From the NCBI GenBank assembly GCA_948442365.1, contig CAOJRU010000009.1, forward strand, positions 720 through 64,719: a stretch of 64,000 bases of DNA. The letters run 5' to 3'. Below are positions 62,676-64,000 of the stretch, in pieces. This DNA is from an uncultured Clostridium sp. (GTDB lineage: Bacteria > Bacillota > Clostridia > TANB77 > CAG-508). A program made the translations under genes and the position numbers. Positions within the stretch are counted from its first letter, which is position 1. Every line of letters begins with the position of its first letter. The notes beneath the pieces were generated by a model, which was not told the DNA's origin, did no database searches, and worked only from the letters and a program-made list of their open reading frames with translations.

Positions 62676-63212
62676 AAGTATGAAAGATTTGACTTCTTCA
62701 GGAAAGACAGATACAAGTATGGTAAAGATTATACCAATTAACCAGTAGAGCAATTGAAATATTTTTATAATTATACTGTCACTATTAACACCTAAATAAG
62801 TAAACACATTCTTTGGGATATAGAGAAATATTCTTAACCAATAAAATGGATTTATTGAATTTACGAATTTATACCAATAATTCCCTTTTGCTTCCATAAG
62901 AAATTCCATTGCATTTGAAGCAAAATCTTCACGCTGATTAAGAATATTTTGAAAAATAGAAACATTTCCATTTGCAATCTGTCCAAAACCTAATGGTTGA
63001 GAAACTGGTATGTATTTATCTTTAACGCCTGAATGTTTTATATAATTTAAAATTGTATTTTTATGCGTTTTAGCTTTGATTTTTAATTTTGCATTGTCAG
63101 TAAAATTTCCTATAAATAGATTTTTTATATATGGAAAACATAAGTAATTAATTAGATTGTATAAAGAATGTAAAACAACTACCACAATAAGAATAATAAA
63201 CAGATTTGACAT
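62655..63212 (-). CDS. Hypothetical membrane protein
   Basis: 185 aa, hydrophobic segments at both ends. Confidence 0.65.
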   Translation of the reverse strand: MSNLFIILIVVVVLHSLYNLINYLCFPYIKNLFIGNFTDNAKLKIKAKTHKNTILNYIKHSGVKDKYIPVSQPLGFGQIANGNVSIFQNILNQREDFASNAMEFLMEAKGNYWYKFVNSINPFYWLRIFLYIPKNVFTYLGVNSDSIIIKIFQLLYWLIGIIFTILVSVFPEEVKSFILSIINSF

Positions 63213-63485
63213 GATTCAACCTCTCTTTCAAAAAGATTATATCAAAATTTACAATATTTTACAAGAAGGGAGAAGAAAATGGAAGATGAAAAAACATATA
63301 CAAAAGAAGATGTATATAAAAAAATACAACAACGAAAAATCAATACTTAATAAAATTAAAGAACTAATTTCAGATTTCGACGGCTAAAATTAGTTCAAAA
63401 AATAAATATAAATATACGATTTCTACTTAATTATACATTGAAATGTTAATTGTGTCAAATAAAAAGGGGGCATATGCCCCAGTGA

Positions 63486-63656
63486 TTAGGAGAGTGAAGG
63501 TGGATTTAACAAAATTTTATACAGGTTACTAAAATATTCAAGTTCTTCTTCAGAAAAAGGGTTAGTTTTAGATTTAATTGTAATTCCTATTTCTTTAGAA
63601 AAACAAATGTCTATACCATCTTCTGTTGTAATTGTAAATGTGCTAATTTTCGGCAT
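63486..63656 (-). CDS. Hypothetical protein
   Basis: ATG 63656 after AAGGAGG; MPKISTFTITTEDG... Confidence 0.5.
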   Translation of the reverse strand: MPKISTFTITTEDGIDICFSKEIGITIKSKTNPFSEEELEYFSNLYKILLNPPSLS

Positions 63657-63769
63657 AACAACCTCCTTGCGAACTGTATTTACAGATACAATCAAAGGAT
63701 AACATTTTATGCAAATAAAAGCAATGGAAATGTATTACAGTAGAAATTAAGAAAGGAAAATTAAATAAA

Positions 63770-63986
63770 ATGGATATACAAGAAAGATATGACGAATTAG
63801 ACAACATAGTTAGTTCAATTGATATATTAGTAGATGATATATCTGACAAAAATTATATAGGATATGTTAAACGAAATAAAATTTGAAGCACAAAACGAAT
63901 TAGAAGAAGTAGAAGAAAGATTACAAGAAGAATATGACAAAGAAGAAAAACAAATGAACTATGAATACGAAAGGAGTAAATTATAA
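63770..63986 (+). pseudogene. Phage-like acidic coiled-coil protein with an apparent +1 break at ATA-GGA-T
   Basis: MDIQERYDELDNIV...DKNYI; removing one G at 63860-61 continues DMLNEIKFEAQNELEEVEERLQEE...ERSKL*. Confidence 0.45.
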
Positions 63987-64000
63987 ATGATTGCATTTGA

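Larger units (their letters stand above)
60831..64000. mobile_element. Prophage-like or accessory region of small ORFs, extending beyond the window
   Basis: Dense short ORFs with strong RBSs, two XRE HTH genes and interspersed opposite-strand genes; no integrase or structural gene visible. Confidence 0.5.

Noticed and set aside
129-63849. Many antisense or overlapping ORFs in the track (e.g. 5598..6041, 25183..25875, 55755..56183)
   Set aside because: Shadow frames of well-supported genes with no RBS or motifs.
1-64000. tRNA or rRNA genes that might explain the recoding
   Set aside because: None recognisable in this window; any responsible tRNA or factor must lie elsewhere.

Overview
Low-GC, spore-forming Clostridia-type chromosomal segment of mostly housekeeping genes: recA-recX-scpA, sporulation genes, miaB-mutS, an ECF transporter, uvrB, a pyr cluster, ispG-ispH, a trimeric [FeFe]-hydrogenase, upp, murD, guaA, secA, prfB, yabPQ and rho. 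A prophage-like stretch of small ORFs follows ~60.8 kb. The main observation is that nine otherwise intact genes (recA, a VanW-family gene, an acyl-CoA synthetase, a Na/Pi cotransporter, uvrB, ispG, ispH, hydA, prfB) are each broken by the same +1 shift. An in-frame CGG is followed by A or T, and skipping the C gives a GGN Gly codon that restores the frame and usually a conserved motif. By eye, no recognisable conserved gene here reads through an in-frame CGG. This suggests systematic recoding of CGG(N) as '+1, Gly', although a systematic assembly artefact must be excluded. Also present: a family of long palindromic REP/MITE-like elements with covarying stems, an unannotated Asn-rich micropeptide and a candidate sRNA. 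All calls are by eye; no database searches were run.
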